Shown in pieces: positions 44,756 through 52,914 of a stretch of 64,000 nt of DNA (position 1 is the stretch's first letter; the number at the start of each line of letters is the position of its first letter). Made by a program: the position numbers and the translations under genes. The DNA is taken from contig JADFQO010000010.1 in assembly GCA_022561775.1 (NCBI GenBank), positions 2,029-66,028 on the forward strand, read 5' to 3'. A model generated the notes under the pieces. That model was not told where the DNA came from and ran no database searches. It worked only from the letters and a program-made list of their open reading frames with translations. This DNA is from Myxococcales bacterium (GTDB lineage Bacteria > Myxococcota_A > UBA9160 > SMWR01).

Positions 44756-47627
44756 CGATCCCGGGCCCTTCGGGCCCGGACAGGCTGCTAAGAAACAACG
44801 CAGGGCGCTGTTTCTTGGCAGCCTTCTTGCGCCGCTTCTCGCTTGCCCGGCGATCGCCGAGGGCCCGGACCATCAGGACGCATGGCAGGCTGCGCTCGAG
44901 GAGGTCGTCCCGGCTGTCGTCGTCCTGCGCGTTCGGGTTCCGCGCGCCTTCGACACCCAGATGGCCGCCTATGAGATGGCCACTGGTTTCGTGGTGGACG
45001 CCGAGCACGGCATCATCCTCACCAACCGCCACGTGGTAAACCCCGGCCCCGTGGTCGCCGAGGCGGTTTTTCTGAACCACGAAGAAGTCGAAGTTCGTGC
45101 GGTCTACCGGGACCCCGTCCACGACTTCGGCTTCTACCTGTACGATCCGGACGACGTCGAGTTCATGAAACCGAACGAACTCTTATTGGTTCCCGAACAC
45201 GCCCGCGTCGGAACCGAAATTCGCGTGGTGGGAAATGACGCGGGAGAGAAACTCTCGATTCTGTCGGGCACCCTGGCTCGCTTGGATCGGGAGGCGCCGG
45301 CCTACGGGGAAAACGTCTACAACGACTTCAATACCTTCTACTATCAGGCAGCATCCGCAACATCGGGTGGATCGTCGGGTTCTCCCGTGGTTGACGTTCA
45401 CGGCCACGTGGTCGCCCTCAATGCCGGCGGCAGTCGGATCGCATCGTCGAGCTACTACCTTCCGCTCGACCGCGTCGTGCGCGCGCTCGATTATGTTCAG
45501 CGGGGCGAGGCGGTTCCGCGCGGAACCATCGAGACCGTATTCGTGCGGCGCCCCTATGACGAACTGAGGCGGCTAGGACTGCGCGGTCACGTCGAGGCGG
45601 AAGTCCGCCGATCCTTCCCTGACGCGATCGGCATGCTCGTGGTGGATGAGGTGCTCCCCGGCGGACCCGCGGACGGGAAGCTCGAGGTCGGTGACATCCT
45701 TCTTGGGGTGGGAGAGGTCTTCCTGACGTCGTTTACGCCACTGGAGGCGTTGCTCGACAATCGCGTCGGCCGGGAGATCATCGTAAACGTGGAGCGAGCG
45801 GGAGAGACGCTCAGCGCATCCATAGCGGTGAAGGATCTGGACTCGATCACTCCCGACCGCTACCTGGAGAGCGGTGGCGGAATCATCCACCCGCTCTCCT
45901 ACCAGCAGGCCCGGAATCACGCCGTTGCTGTCGAGGGTCTCTATCTGGCGTCCAGCGGTTACGCGTTTACGAACGCGGGCATGCGACGTGGAGCGGTGAT
46001 CACGGAACTCAACGGTGAGTCGGTCCTCAATGGCGACCCCGTCGAATCCCTCGCGGACTTCGAAACGCGCTGGGCGGCACTCGCGAACGGCGCCAAGGCC
46101 GCTGTCCGCTATTTCGATCTCGAGAATCCGAGGCTCGAATCGCTCGCGATCGTCACCGTCGACCGACTCTGGTTTCCGATGCAACTTTGCGTTCGAGGCG
46201 ATGCGCCTGGGAGTTGGCCCTGTTCGACATCTCCCGCTCCGCCCGAGCAGGCGGAGCGATCTCCCGCGACGACTTCCTTCAACGATGACCTGCCGCGGCC
46301 GATGCGAGATCTCGCGCCGTCCCTGGTGATGGTCGAGTTCGACGCACCGTTTCGGATCGACGGTCTTCACTCCAACCGATTCCAGGGCACCGGTCTGGTG
46401 GTCGACGCCGAGCGGGGACTGGTCGTCGTCGACCGAGAGACCATTCCGGTGGCGCTGGGCGATGTGAGACTCATCTTCGCGGCGTCGGTCGAGGTACCGG
46501 GCGAAGTGGTGTTCATTCACCCCGTTCACAACCTGGCGGTCGTCGCCTACGACCCCTGGCTGCTGGGTGATACACCGATCCGCAGCGCCCGGTTGCGGCC
46601 CGTGACCCTCGAGTCGAATGACGAGGTCTGGGTGGTCGGCCTGAGCCCCGACCACGAACTCGTGTCGCGCAAGAGCCGCGTCTCGACCGTCGAAGCGTTT
46701 TCGCTCCCTTTGACATCGCCACCTCGATTCAGGGAGGCCAACCTCGAGGTGACCCTGCTCACCGATTCGCCGACCACGGTCGGGGGCGTTCTCGCGGACA
46801 GGAAGGGCAGGGTGCATGCCTATTGGGCGGCGTTTTCCGCGGGCGTGCCCCCTCAATCCTACTTCGCCGCGATCGGCGCGGAACACATCGAAGCCATCGT
46901 GAAACCACTGCGTGAAGGACGGCCGGTCGGATGGCGCACCTTGGGTGCGGAGTTTCGCCCGATCACCCTCGCGGACGCGCGATCCCGTGGTCTCTCGGAG
47001 GCGTTCGCGCGAAGACTCGAAGCGCACGACAGCCGCCGGCGCGTGCTCGCAATTTCGCGCGTGACGGCCGGCATGCCATCTGCGGGGATTTTGAAGCCAG
47101 GAGACCTCCTGCTCGCAATCGACGGCGAGCCGATCGCGACCTTCGAAGAAGTCGAGCGGGCGGGGCAACAAGACGAGGCTCGCCTTACGCTGCTGCGGGA
47201 TGGCGAGGAGATGACGCTTCCGGTTCCGACCACAGCCGTCGACGGTCGCGGGACGGATCGCGTGCTGTTCTGGGCGGGCGCGGTTTTGCAGGCGCCCCAT
47301 TCCGCGATCAACCAGCAGGGTGGCATCGAGCCCAAGGGCGTCTACGTGGTCTGGTTCTGGTACGGGTCGCCCGCCAATCGGTACGGGCTCTCCGCGAGTC
47401 GCCTCATCGTCGCGGTTGACGACCGCGATGTCACGGATCTGGACAGTTTTCTGGCTGCCGTCGTGGATCGCCCAGACCGCAGCTCGGTGCGCCTTCGCAC
47501 CCTCAGCCTCGATGGGCGAACGGAGGTCATGACCCTGAAACTGGATCTCGAGTTCTGGCCCACCACGGAATTGCGTCGCAATGGGAAGGGTTGGGAGCGG
47601 ATATCGCACCCGCCCTTCGCCGATTGA
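44736..47627 (+). CDS. Secreted Nma111-like tandem HtrA/trypsin-fold protease with PDZ domains
   Basis: The first protease half has an intact triad (ILTNRHVV, DFGFYLY, GGSSGSPVV). The second half (about 46,380-46,850) has the same fold pattern but lacks the His and Ser (VVDRETIP, TVGGVLAD). PDZ-like segments follow each half. N-terminal signal-like segment. Confidence 0.7.
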   Translation: MTKRLVSDPGPFGPGQAAKKQRRALFLGSLLAPLLACPAIAEGPDHQDAWQAALEEVVPAVVVLRVRVPRAFDTQMAAYEMATGFVVDAEHGIILTNRHVVNPGPVVAEAVFLNHEEVEVRAVYRDPVHDFGFYLYDPDDVEFMKPNELLLVPEHARVGTEIRVVGNDAGEKLSILSGTLARLDREAPAYGENVYNDFNTFYYQAASATSGGSSGSPVVDVHGHVVALNAGGSRIASSSYYLPLDRVVRALDYVQRGEAVPRGTIETVFVRRPYDELRRLGLRGHVEAEVRRSFPDAIGMLVVDEVLPGGPADGKLEVGDILLGVGEVFLTSFTPLEALLDNRVGREIIVNVERAGETLSASIAVKDLDSITPDRYLESGGGIIHPLSYQQARNHAVAVEGLYLASSGYAFTNAGMRRGAVITELNGESVLNGDPVESLADFETRWAALANGAKAAVRYFDLENPRLESLAIVTVDRLWFPMQLCVRGDAPGSWPCSTSPAPPEQAERSPATTSFNDDLPRPMRDLAPSLVMVEFDAPFRIDGLHSNRFQGTGLVVDAERGLVVVDRETIPVALGDVRLIFAASVEVPGEVVFIHPVHNLAVVAYDPWLLGDTPIRSARLRPVTLESNDEVWVVGLSPDHELVSRKSRVSTVEAFSLPLTSPPRFREANLEVTLLTDSPTTVGGVLADRKGRVHAYWAAFSAGVPPQSYFAAIGAEHIEAIVKPLREGRPVGWRTLGAEFRPITLADARSRGLSEAFARRLEAHDSRRRVLAISRVTAGMPSAGILKPGDLLLAIDGEPIATFEEVERAGQQDEARLTLLRDGEEMTLPVPTTAVDGRGTDRVLFWAGAVLQAPHSAINQQGGIEPKGVYVVWFWYGSPANRYGLSASRLIVAVDDRDVTDLDSFLAAVVDRPDRSSVRLRTLSLDGRTEVMTLKLDLEFWPTTELRRNGKGWERISHPPFAD

Positions 47628-47647
47628 ACGACCGGGCGGCTGGGGGA

Positions 47648-48478
47648 ATGTCTTCGCCGTCCCTCGAGCGATTGATGAGAGCGGCACTGCTCGCGCTGAT
47701 TCCGCTCTCGCCAGCGGTCGCGTCGCCTGCCGCCGACCGCATCGGCGAACTCACCCCGGTCGCTGGGGAAATCGACGCACGAACGATCGCGCTCCGCGCC
47801 GAAAATTCCCTGCGCGCCGATCGCACCTACATGCGGGCTCGAGTGACGGTCCGGTCGCCCGATGGCTCCGACGAGCGGGTGATCGAATTTGAATCCTGGA
47901 ATGATCGGATCGAGCGTCGATCGTTCCTTCGGATTCTCGCGCCTGATTCCGACGCCGGTGTGGCGCTTCTCAACCTTCCGCCGAATCTTTGGAGCTACCA
48001 ACCCGAAACGGAGCGCACGCAGCGGATCCCCCCCTCGGCGTTCCTGGAGCCCTGGATGGGAAGTGATTTTGCGATCGCCGATCTGATCGATCCATCCAGC
48101 GACATCGAAGACTATGCGGTCGAGTTGCTCGGGGTAGAAGGGCACCCAAAGGGCGCCACGGGAGCGCGCAGCCATGTGGTGCAGTACACGCCCACAGCTG
48201 CGGCGCGCGTCGCTTGGGGAAGGATCGTCGCTTGGATCGACGCCGAAGGGGGCGTTCCGATGCGTCAGGAGTTCTACGCTGCGAGCGGCAAGAGGCTTCG
48301 AACCATCCATTTCGGCGACGTTCGAGCGATCGGTGACCGCCGCGTCCCGCATTACTGGAAGGCGATCCCGGCCGGCGAAAAGGGGCGTGAATCCATTCTC
48401 GAAATCCGCGAACTCCGCTTCGAAGCTGCCTTCGAAGATCGGATCTTCACCACCCAGAACCTCAAACCAAGGCCCTAG
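47648..48478 (+). CDS. Outer-membrane lipoprotein-sorting (LolA-like fold) protein
   Basis: Signal peptide MSSPSLERLMRAALLALIPLSPAVA from ATG 47648. The blocks LWSYQPETERTQRIP..FLEPWMGSDFAIADL resemble the LolA-like 'outer membrane lipoprotein-sorting protein' family. Assignment by eye. Confidence 0.5.
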   Translation: MSSPSLERLMRAALLALIPLSPAVASPAADRIGELTPVAGEIDARTIALRAENSLRADRTYMRARVTVRSPDGSDERVIEFESWNDRIERRSFLRILAPDSDAGVALLNLPPNLWSYQPETERTQRIPPSAFLEPWMGSDFAIADLIDPSSDIEDYAVELLGVEGHPKGATGARSHVVQYTPTAAARVAWGRIVAWIDAEGGVPMRQEFYAASGKRLRTIHFGDVRAIGDRRVPHYWKAIPAGEKGRESILEIRELRFEAAFEDRIFTTQNLKPRP

Positions 48479-48516
48479 GATCGGGCACACGTCACACCAG
48501 CGGGTTCCGCGTCAGG

Positions 48517-49872
48517 TCAGCCGGCGGCGCGATCCATCAGCAGGGTGGCGATCCCCAGGAAGGAGAAGAACGCGAACGCGTCGGTGAACGTGGTTACGAT
48601 GACGCCCGCGCCGAGAGCGGGGTCCTGGTGGAGGGCCTTGAGGGCGAGTGGTACGGCTGCACCCACGAGGCCGGCGACCGAAAGCGTGAGGATCATCGCG
48701 GCGAAGAGCGCGACGCCGATGATCGGATCGGCCTGCCACAAGTAGGCGATTCCCGCGCTTGCGACTCCCATCGCGAGACCGAGCGCGAGGCCGACGGCCA
48801 GCTCCTTCAGCACGGCCCGGAATCCGCTGGAAAACTCGATCTCGCCGAGCGCGATCGCCCGAGTGATGATCGTCAGCGCCTGGGTGCCGCCGTTGCCGCC
48901 CATGCCCGCGACGACGGGCATGAAGATTGCGAGTGCGACGACCTGCTCGATCGTGCGCTCGAACAGCCCCACCACCCAGGCCGCCGCGAAGCAGGTGCCG
49001 AGGTTGAGGAACATCCACGGAAGGCGCTTGCGGATCGACTCGTGGGCCGAAACGAAGACGCGGTCTGCCTCGGTGAGGCCGGCGAGGTGATACATGTCCT
49101 CGGTGGCCTCCTCGGTGATGACGTCGATCACGTCATCGACGGTGATGAGACCGAGCATTCTGCCGTCGACGTCGGTGACGGGAATTGCGAGCAGGTCGAA
49201 TCGCGCGACGATGTGTGCGACCTCTTCCTGGTCATCGTCAGCGCTCACGCTCACCGGATCGGGAATCATGATCTCCGAGATCAGGCGATCCGGAGGCGAT
49301 GACACCAGGCGGCGGATCGGAACCACTCCGATCAGCGTTCGCTGTTCGTCGACGACGTAGAGATAGAGAACGGCCTCGCTTCCGTCGCCGATCGAGCGCA
49401 GCGAGTCGATCGCCTCCTGGGCGCTCATCTTCCGGTCCAGGGCGATGAAGCTCGTCGTCATGACCCGGCCCGCGCTGGACTCCGGGTAGAGTTCGGCGTT
49501 GCGGAGTTCTTCGCGCTTGTCCTCCGGGAGTCGATCGACCACGCCTTCCCGGCGGTCCTCGGGGATCCATTCGACGAATTCGAGGAGGTCGTCGATTTCC
49601 AGGCGTCCGATCACCGCTGCCAACTGCTCGTCGGCAAGGGCGTCGAACACCTGGGGGAGCATTTCGCCCGGCAGCTCTCGAAGCGCCAAGGCTGCGCGGC
49701 GTTGGCGGAACAGCATTTCGATGACCACGCGAATTTCGTCCGAGGTCAATACGGGGAGCAGCAACGCGACATCGGCGGGCGCCATGCGCGTCAAAAGGCG
49801 CTCTGCGCGCCCAGTGACACCACTGGCGAGCAGGCGTCGCAGAATACGGCTCGTGACTTGAGGTGTCGCCAT
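48517..49872 (-). CDS. mgtE: Magnesium transporter MgtE
   Basis: 451 aa: N-domain, tandem CBS pair, and a 5-TM C-terminal domain with PVVAGMGGNGGTQ and GVIVTTFTDAFAFFSFLG. Confidence 0.93.
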   Translation of the reverse strand: MATPQVTSRILRRLLASGVTGRAERLLTRMAPADVALLLPVLTSDEIRVVIEMLFRQRRAALALRELPGEMLPQVFDALADEQLAAVIGRLEIDDLLEFVEWIPEDRREGVVDRLPEDKREELRNAELYPESSAGRVMTTSFIALDRKMSAQEAIDSLRSIGDGSEAVLYLYVVDEQRTLIGVVPIRRLVSSPPDRLISEIMIPDPVSVSADDDQEEVAHIVARFDLLAIPVTDVDGRMLGLITVDDVIDVITEEATEDMYHLAGLTEADRVFVSAHESIRKRLPWMFLNLGTCFAAAWVVGLFERTIEQVVALAIFMPVVAGMGGNGGTQALTIITRAIALGEIEFSSGFRAVLKELAVGLALGLAMGVASAGIAYLWQADPIIGVALFAAMILTLSVAGLVGAAVPLALKALHQDPALGAGVIVTTFTDAFAFFSFLGIATLLMDRAAG

Positions 49873-50607
49873 ATACCCAGGCTCCGATTCCCGCCGGAAC
49901 CGTCCTGGGATCGGGTTCAGGCGATGGCTGCCTCTCGCCAGACGCGAGAGTGCGGTTCTGGCTGCGTTTTGTTCGAGTTTTGTTCGTAGTGCATCACGTT
50001 TGCGAGAATTCTTACCGTAGAATCGGCTGTCCCGCTATCGCACTTGAACCCGGCGTCGGTGGGTGGAATTCGCGCCGGCCTCTTGTGCGGATTCCTCGAG
50101 CGCTGGTTTCGCCTCTCGCGATCGAGAAAACCCGCGCCGAGTTTCGGATCCAGAGCCGAATCGGGCGACAACCGGTGGTCGCGATCACCTGTCGGGACTC
50201 GGCAACGCGGGCGACTTGTCGATGGGCGACTTCGAGCAGGATCGCGTTGCGCTCGAGTTCTTCTAGCGGCGCTAACCGGTTCGGATCTCGCTTGGGGGTG
50301 ATGCCCAGACAATTTTCGGGCTGCTGTCGCGCGGACGGTTCGTCTGCCGCGCGGCCTCGACCGGCTCCGGGAAGCGATCGGACAGCCAATTGTTCACTGT
50401 TTTTCTGAGTTTACCGCGAGGGTCTAATGTGGTCAGATGCCCCCATGTTCGGGCCGGCAGATTGCCTCTAAATTTCGCGTTTTTACATCGTTTTCGCGTG
50501 AACGGAAGCGTACACTGATTGCATTACGACCACGCGGCAGACGAGCCGCGACGTCGGGTGCAAAGGCTTCCTGATCGGTCGTCAACGCGGTAGCAGGGGG
50601 GGGGCAA

Positions 50608-50841
50608 GTGAAGCAGCTCATCACGGCAATCGTTCAAGCGCTCGTTGACAAGCCTGATCAAGTTCAAATCAAAGAGGTCATCGGAGAGCACGCGCATGTG
50701 CTCGAACTCAGCGTCGCCAAGGAAGATCTTGGCAAGGTGATCGGCAAGGGCGGCGCGCACGCCTCGGCGATCCGGACGCTGATGGCGGCGACGAGCGGTA
50801 AAGAAAAGAAGCGCTACATCCTCGAGATCATCGAGTACTAG
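50608..50841 (+). CDS. KH-domain RNA-binding protein (UPF0109/YlqC-like)
   Basis: 77 aa, GTG start after a G-rich SD. VAKEDLGKVIGKGGAHASAIRTLM carries the GxxG KH loop. Confidence 0.85.
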   Translation: MKQLITAIVQALVDKPDQVQIKEVIGEHAHVLELSVAKEDLGKVIGKGGAHASAIRTLMAATSGKEKKRYILEIIEY

Positions 50842-50843
50842 CC

Positions 50844-50900
50844 GGCGAATCCTTTGGATTCGCTGGCGGCGTCGCGCGACCCCATTCTGGGATCACGCTC
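50844..50900. repeat. Solo copy of a ~60-bp double-hairpin interspersed repeat (REP-like)
   Basis: ggcgaatcctttggattcgc...gcgaccccattctgggatcacgctc is about 85% identical to the tandem pair at 57341-57466. Confidence 0.75.
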
Positions 50901-50949
50901 GCTGGTCTGCGTCGGCCCGCGTTCACGCGGATCGCCCGCGAGTTTCGTT

Positions 50950-51010
50950 CCCGTAACTGGGGTTACAACCTCGTACTTGTACCGTAGGGTACGACCCACA
51001 CGGGTTTTTT
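50950..51010 (+). terminator. Structured element ending in a U6 tract downstream of the KH gene
   Basis: cccgt(50950)...acggg(51004) closes a region with inner pairings (tggg/ccca, cgtac/gtacg), followed by tttttt at 51005-51010. Confidence 0.35.
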
Positions 51011-51135
51011 GCGACCCTTCCCTCAATCATCCTATTTCAACGACTTAGGTGATTTTCTGCCGATCGTGAATTTCGGCACGCGTCTTGCCTTAACAAGGCC
51101 GACGCCGATCCGAGCGGGTGATCGGGAGAGGACAC

Positions 51136-51609
51136 ATGGACACGCGTTTTTCAGCCGACGAGCACTTTCGCCGCGGGCGCGCCGCGCTGGATTGCAATAA
51201 TCACTCGGTCGCGCTCGAGCATTTTCGTGCGGCTCGGAGAGTCGATCCCAACAACCCGCGCTATCGCTCCTATTACGGATTGTGTCTGGGAATCACGGAG
51301 CGCCGCTTCGACCACGCGCTGGAACTCTGCCGATCTGCGGCAAAAGAAGAGTTCTACAACCCCGAGCTCTATCGAAATCTTGCGCAGGTGCACCTGGCGT
51401 TCGGCTTCAAGGCCGAGGGAATCCGCTACCTGCGTCGGGGCTTGATGATCGATCCGGCGAACCAGCAGATTCTCGATGATCTCACGGCTCTTGGAGTGAG
51501 ACGACGACCTCTGCTCAGTTTTCTGCCGCGCCGGCACCTGGTCAATCGATGGCTTGGAATGTTCCGCGGCCGCCCGCAAACCGAGGTGCGAGAGCGCTGC
51601 GGGGCGTGA
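51136..51609 (+). CDS. TPR-repeat protein
   Basis: ATG 51136 after GGGAGAGG. Two or three TPR-like helical hairpins (A..HF..A...DP.N..Y; Y.NLAQVHLAFG....GI.YL.RGL..DP.N). Confidence 0.6.
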   Translation: MDTRFSADEHFRRGRAALDCNNHSVALEHFRAARRVDPNNPRYRSYYGLCLGITERRFDHALELCRSAAKEEFYNPELYRNLAQVHLAFGFKAEGIRYLRRGLMIDPANQQILDDLTALGVRRRPLLSFLPRRHLVNRWLGMFRGRPQTEVRERCGA

Positions 51610-51689
51610 CCGGGTGGGACCGCGCTCGATTTGACGACAGCGGTGCACCGCACAGGGGTGCCTGCGCTCCGGCCTTGGCGGGTCGCGAG

Positions 51690-51718
51690 TTGACTTCCAG
51701 CGGATGAACGAGTATCCG
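51690..51718 (+). promoter_or_regulatory. Candidate promoter TTGACT-N17-TATCCG upstream of the bS22-like ORF
   Basis: Hexamers at 51690-51695 and 51713-51718. Same architecture as the pyr promoter candidate. It overlaps a 9-bp inverted repeat, cggatgaac...gttcatccg (51701-51709 / 51736-51744). Confidence 0.35.
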
Positions 51719-51744
51719 TCCCCGCCCAGACGCGAGGTTCATCC

Positions 51745-51837
51745 GTGGGTAGTGTGATCAAAAAGCGGCGCAAGAAGATGCGCAAGCACAAGAAGCGGAA
51801 ATTGCTCAAGCGCGCCCGTCACAAGCGCAAGCGCTAA
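51745..51837 (+). CDS. Small basic protein resembling ribosomal protein bS22
   Basis: Not in the ORF track (30 aa). GTG start; (M)GSVIKKRRKKMRKHKKRKLLKRARHKRKR* closely matches, from memory, the MGSVIKKRRKRM.KKKHRKLL... pattern of mycobacterial bS22. Confidence 0.65.
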   Translation: MGSVIKKRRKKMRKHKKRKLLKRARHKRKR

Positions 51838-52301
51838 TCCCCCTTCCCAGTTTCGAAAAAATCTCTTTACCTTCGCGCAGTTTGCGTGTGGCCGGCGCCC
51901 GCTTGCGCGGAACTCGAGCGTTTCACCGGGGCGTTGGCGCTCGATGAAAGGATCGAGTGATCGACTCCGCGTTCAGGGAAGTTGCGCATTCCGATCTTGA
52001 GTTCGACGATTTTTCGTCCGGCCGCTCGCAGTATTGTATCCCATCACGTTGTTTTTTTTAGGTTTACCTATTGACGAGCGACAAATCACGTTGTTAGCGT
52101 GGGTTGCAAGAGTGGCTCTAGTGCCGCGGAATGTGTGAGGAACGAAGGTAAATTGCCTTCAAGTCGCACATTGTGGTCTCCGATAGGAGGCGGGAGCAAC
52201 ACGGTCGCGCAAGTTGACGTGACATGTGGGCGGTTTGTAGTTCGCTCATAATGAGCAAAACCGCTGCGCTCGAGTCCACGAACAGGGGGGGTAACCCAAG
52301 T

Positions 52302-52529
52302 ATGGCAGCTCGAAAGAAGAAGGCCACTCGCAAGAAGGCCACCCGCAAGAAGGCCACTCGCAAGAAGGCCACTCGCAAGAAGGCCACTCGCAAGAAGGCC
52401 ACCCGCAAGAAGGCCACCCGCAAGAAGGCGACCCGCAAGAAGGCCACTCGCAAGAAGGCTCGCCGCAAGAAGGCCACTCGCAAGAAGGCGACCCGCAAGA
52501 CGCGACGCCGCCGCAAGAAGGCGAGCTGA
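52302..52529 (+). CDS. Highly basic (KKATR)n repeat protein, histone-H1-like
   Basis: 75 aa from ATG 52302: MAARK(KKATR)9-KKARR-(KKATR)2-KTRRRRKKAS. Synonymous third-position variation between units. A strong terminator follows. Confidence 0.65.
   Translation: MAARKKKATRKKATRKKATRKKATRKKATRKKATRKKATRKKATRKKATRKKARRKKATRKKATRKTRRRRKKAS
52317..52496. repeat. Twelve tandem 15-bp units (AAGAAGGCSACYCGC)
   Basis: Perfect 15-bp periodicity. The differences between units are almost all at codon third positions. Confidence 0.95.
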
Positions 52530-52566
52530 TTTCGTCGGATCGACCTTCCTCACGGAGGTCGTAGGA

Positions 52567-52597
52567 CCCCGGCCGGCGCTTTTGCCGGCCGGGGTTT
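52567..52597 (+). terminator. Rho-independent terminator
   Basis: ccccggccggc-gctttt-gccggccgggg (11-bp GC stem) followed by ttt. Confidence 0.75.
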
Positions 52598-52665
52598 CCC
52601 TCATCTGGGCCTTGGTCTAGTCTCCGCCCTTCCCGACGCTCGATCCCACCCACTGAGAGGCTCCA

Positions 52666-52878
52666 ATGGCTCGCATCACGATCGAAGACTGCATCCATCG
52701 GGTTCCGAATCGCTTCAACCTGGTTCAGATGGCTGCCATTCGCACCAAGCAGCTCAAGCGCGGCGCCAAGCCGCTCGTGGACGCCGAAGACAACAAGGAA
52801 GTAGTGGTGGCCCTGCGAGAGATCGCGGCGGGCTACATCAAGCCCAACTACCCGGACGATAAGGAGCTGGCGGAATAG
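52666..52878 (+). CDS. rpoZ: DNA-directed RNA polymerase omega subunit
   Basis: 70 aa, MARITIEDCIHRVPNRFNLVQMAAIRTKQL..., canonical omega N-terminus. Confidence 0.9.
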   Translation: MARITIEDCIHRVPNRFNLVQMAAIRTKQLKRGAKPLVDAEDNKEVVVALREIAAGYIKPNYPDDKELAE

Positions 52879-52914
52879 CGCTTGGCGAGGGCAGTTCCCC
52901 AGTAGCGGAGAGCT

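Noticed and set aside
49873-50060. M-box (ykoK) Mg2+ riboswitch upstream of mgtE
   Set aside because: I could not find the conserved M-box sequence blocks by eye. Only generic stems are present. It is kept as a low-confidence idea in a finding, not as a feature.
50012-50389. 125-aa minus-strand ORF with a LEELERNAIL segment as a real regulator gene
   Set aside because: Only about 25 residues resemble a Fis-type HTH prelude. The rest is Arg/Pro-rich with no AAA+ or receiver domain. At best it is a decayed fragment, and it cannot be supported as a gene.
51838-52301. Small RNA or promoter in the 460-bp lower-GC leader before the KKATR gene
   Set aside because: Several TTGACG hexamers, a CATAAT and a T8 run are present. 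No -35/-10 pair has correct spacing, and no convincing structured RNA could be derived by eye.
52086-52604. Minus-strand ORFs encoding LLASGLLAG... and VAFLRVAFLR... repeats
   Set aside because: They are mirror frames of the 15-bp array. The SD, the ATG and the terminator U-tract support the plus-strand KKATR reading.
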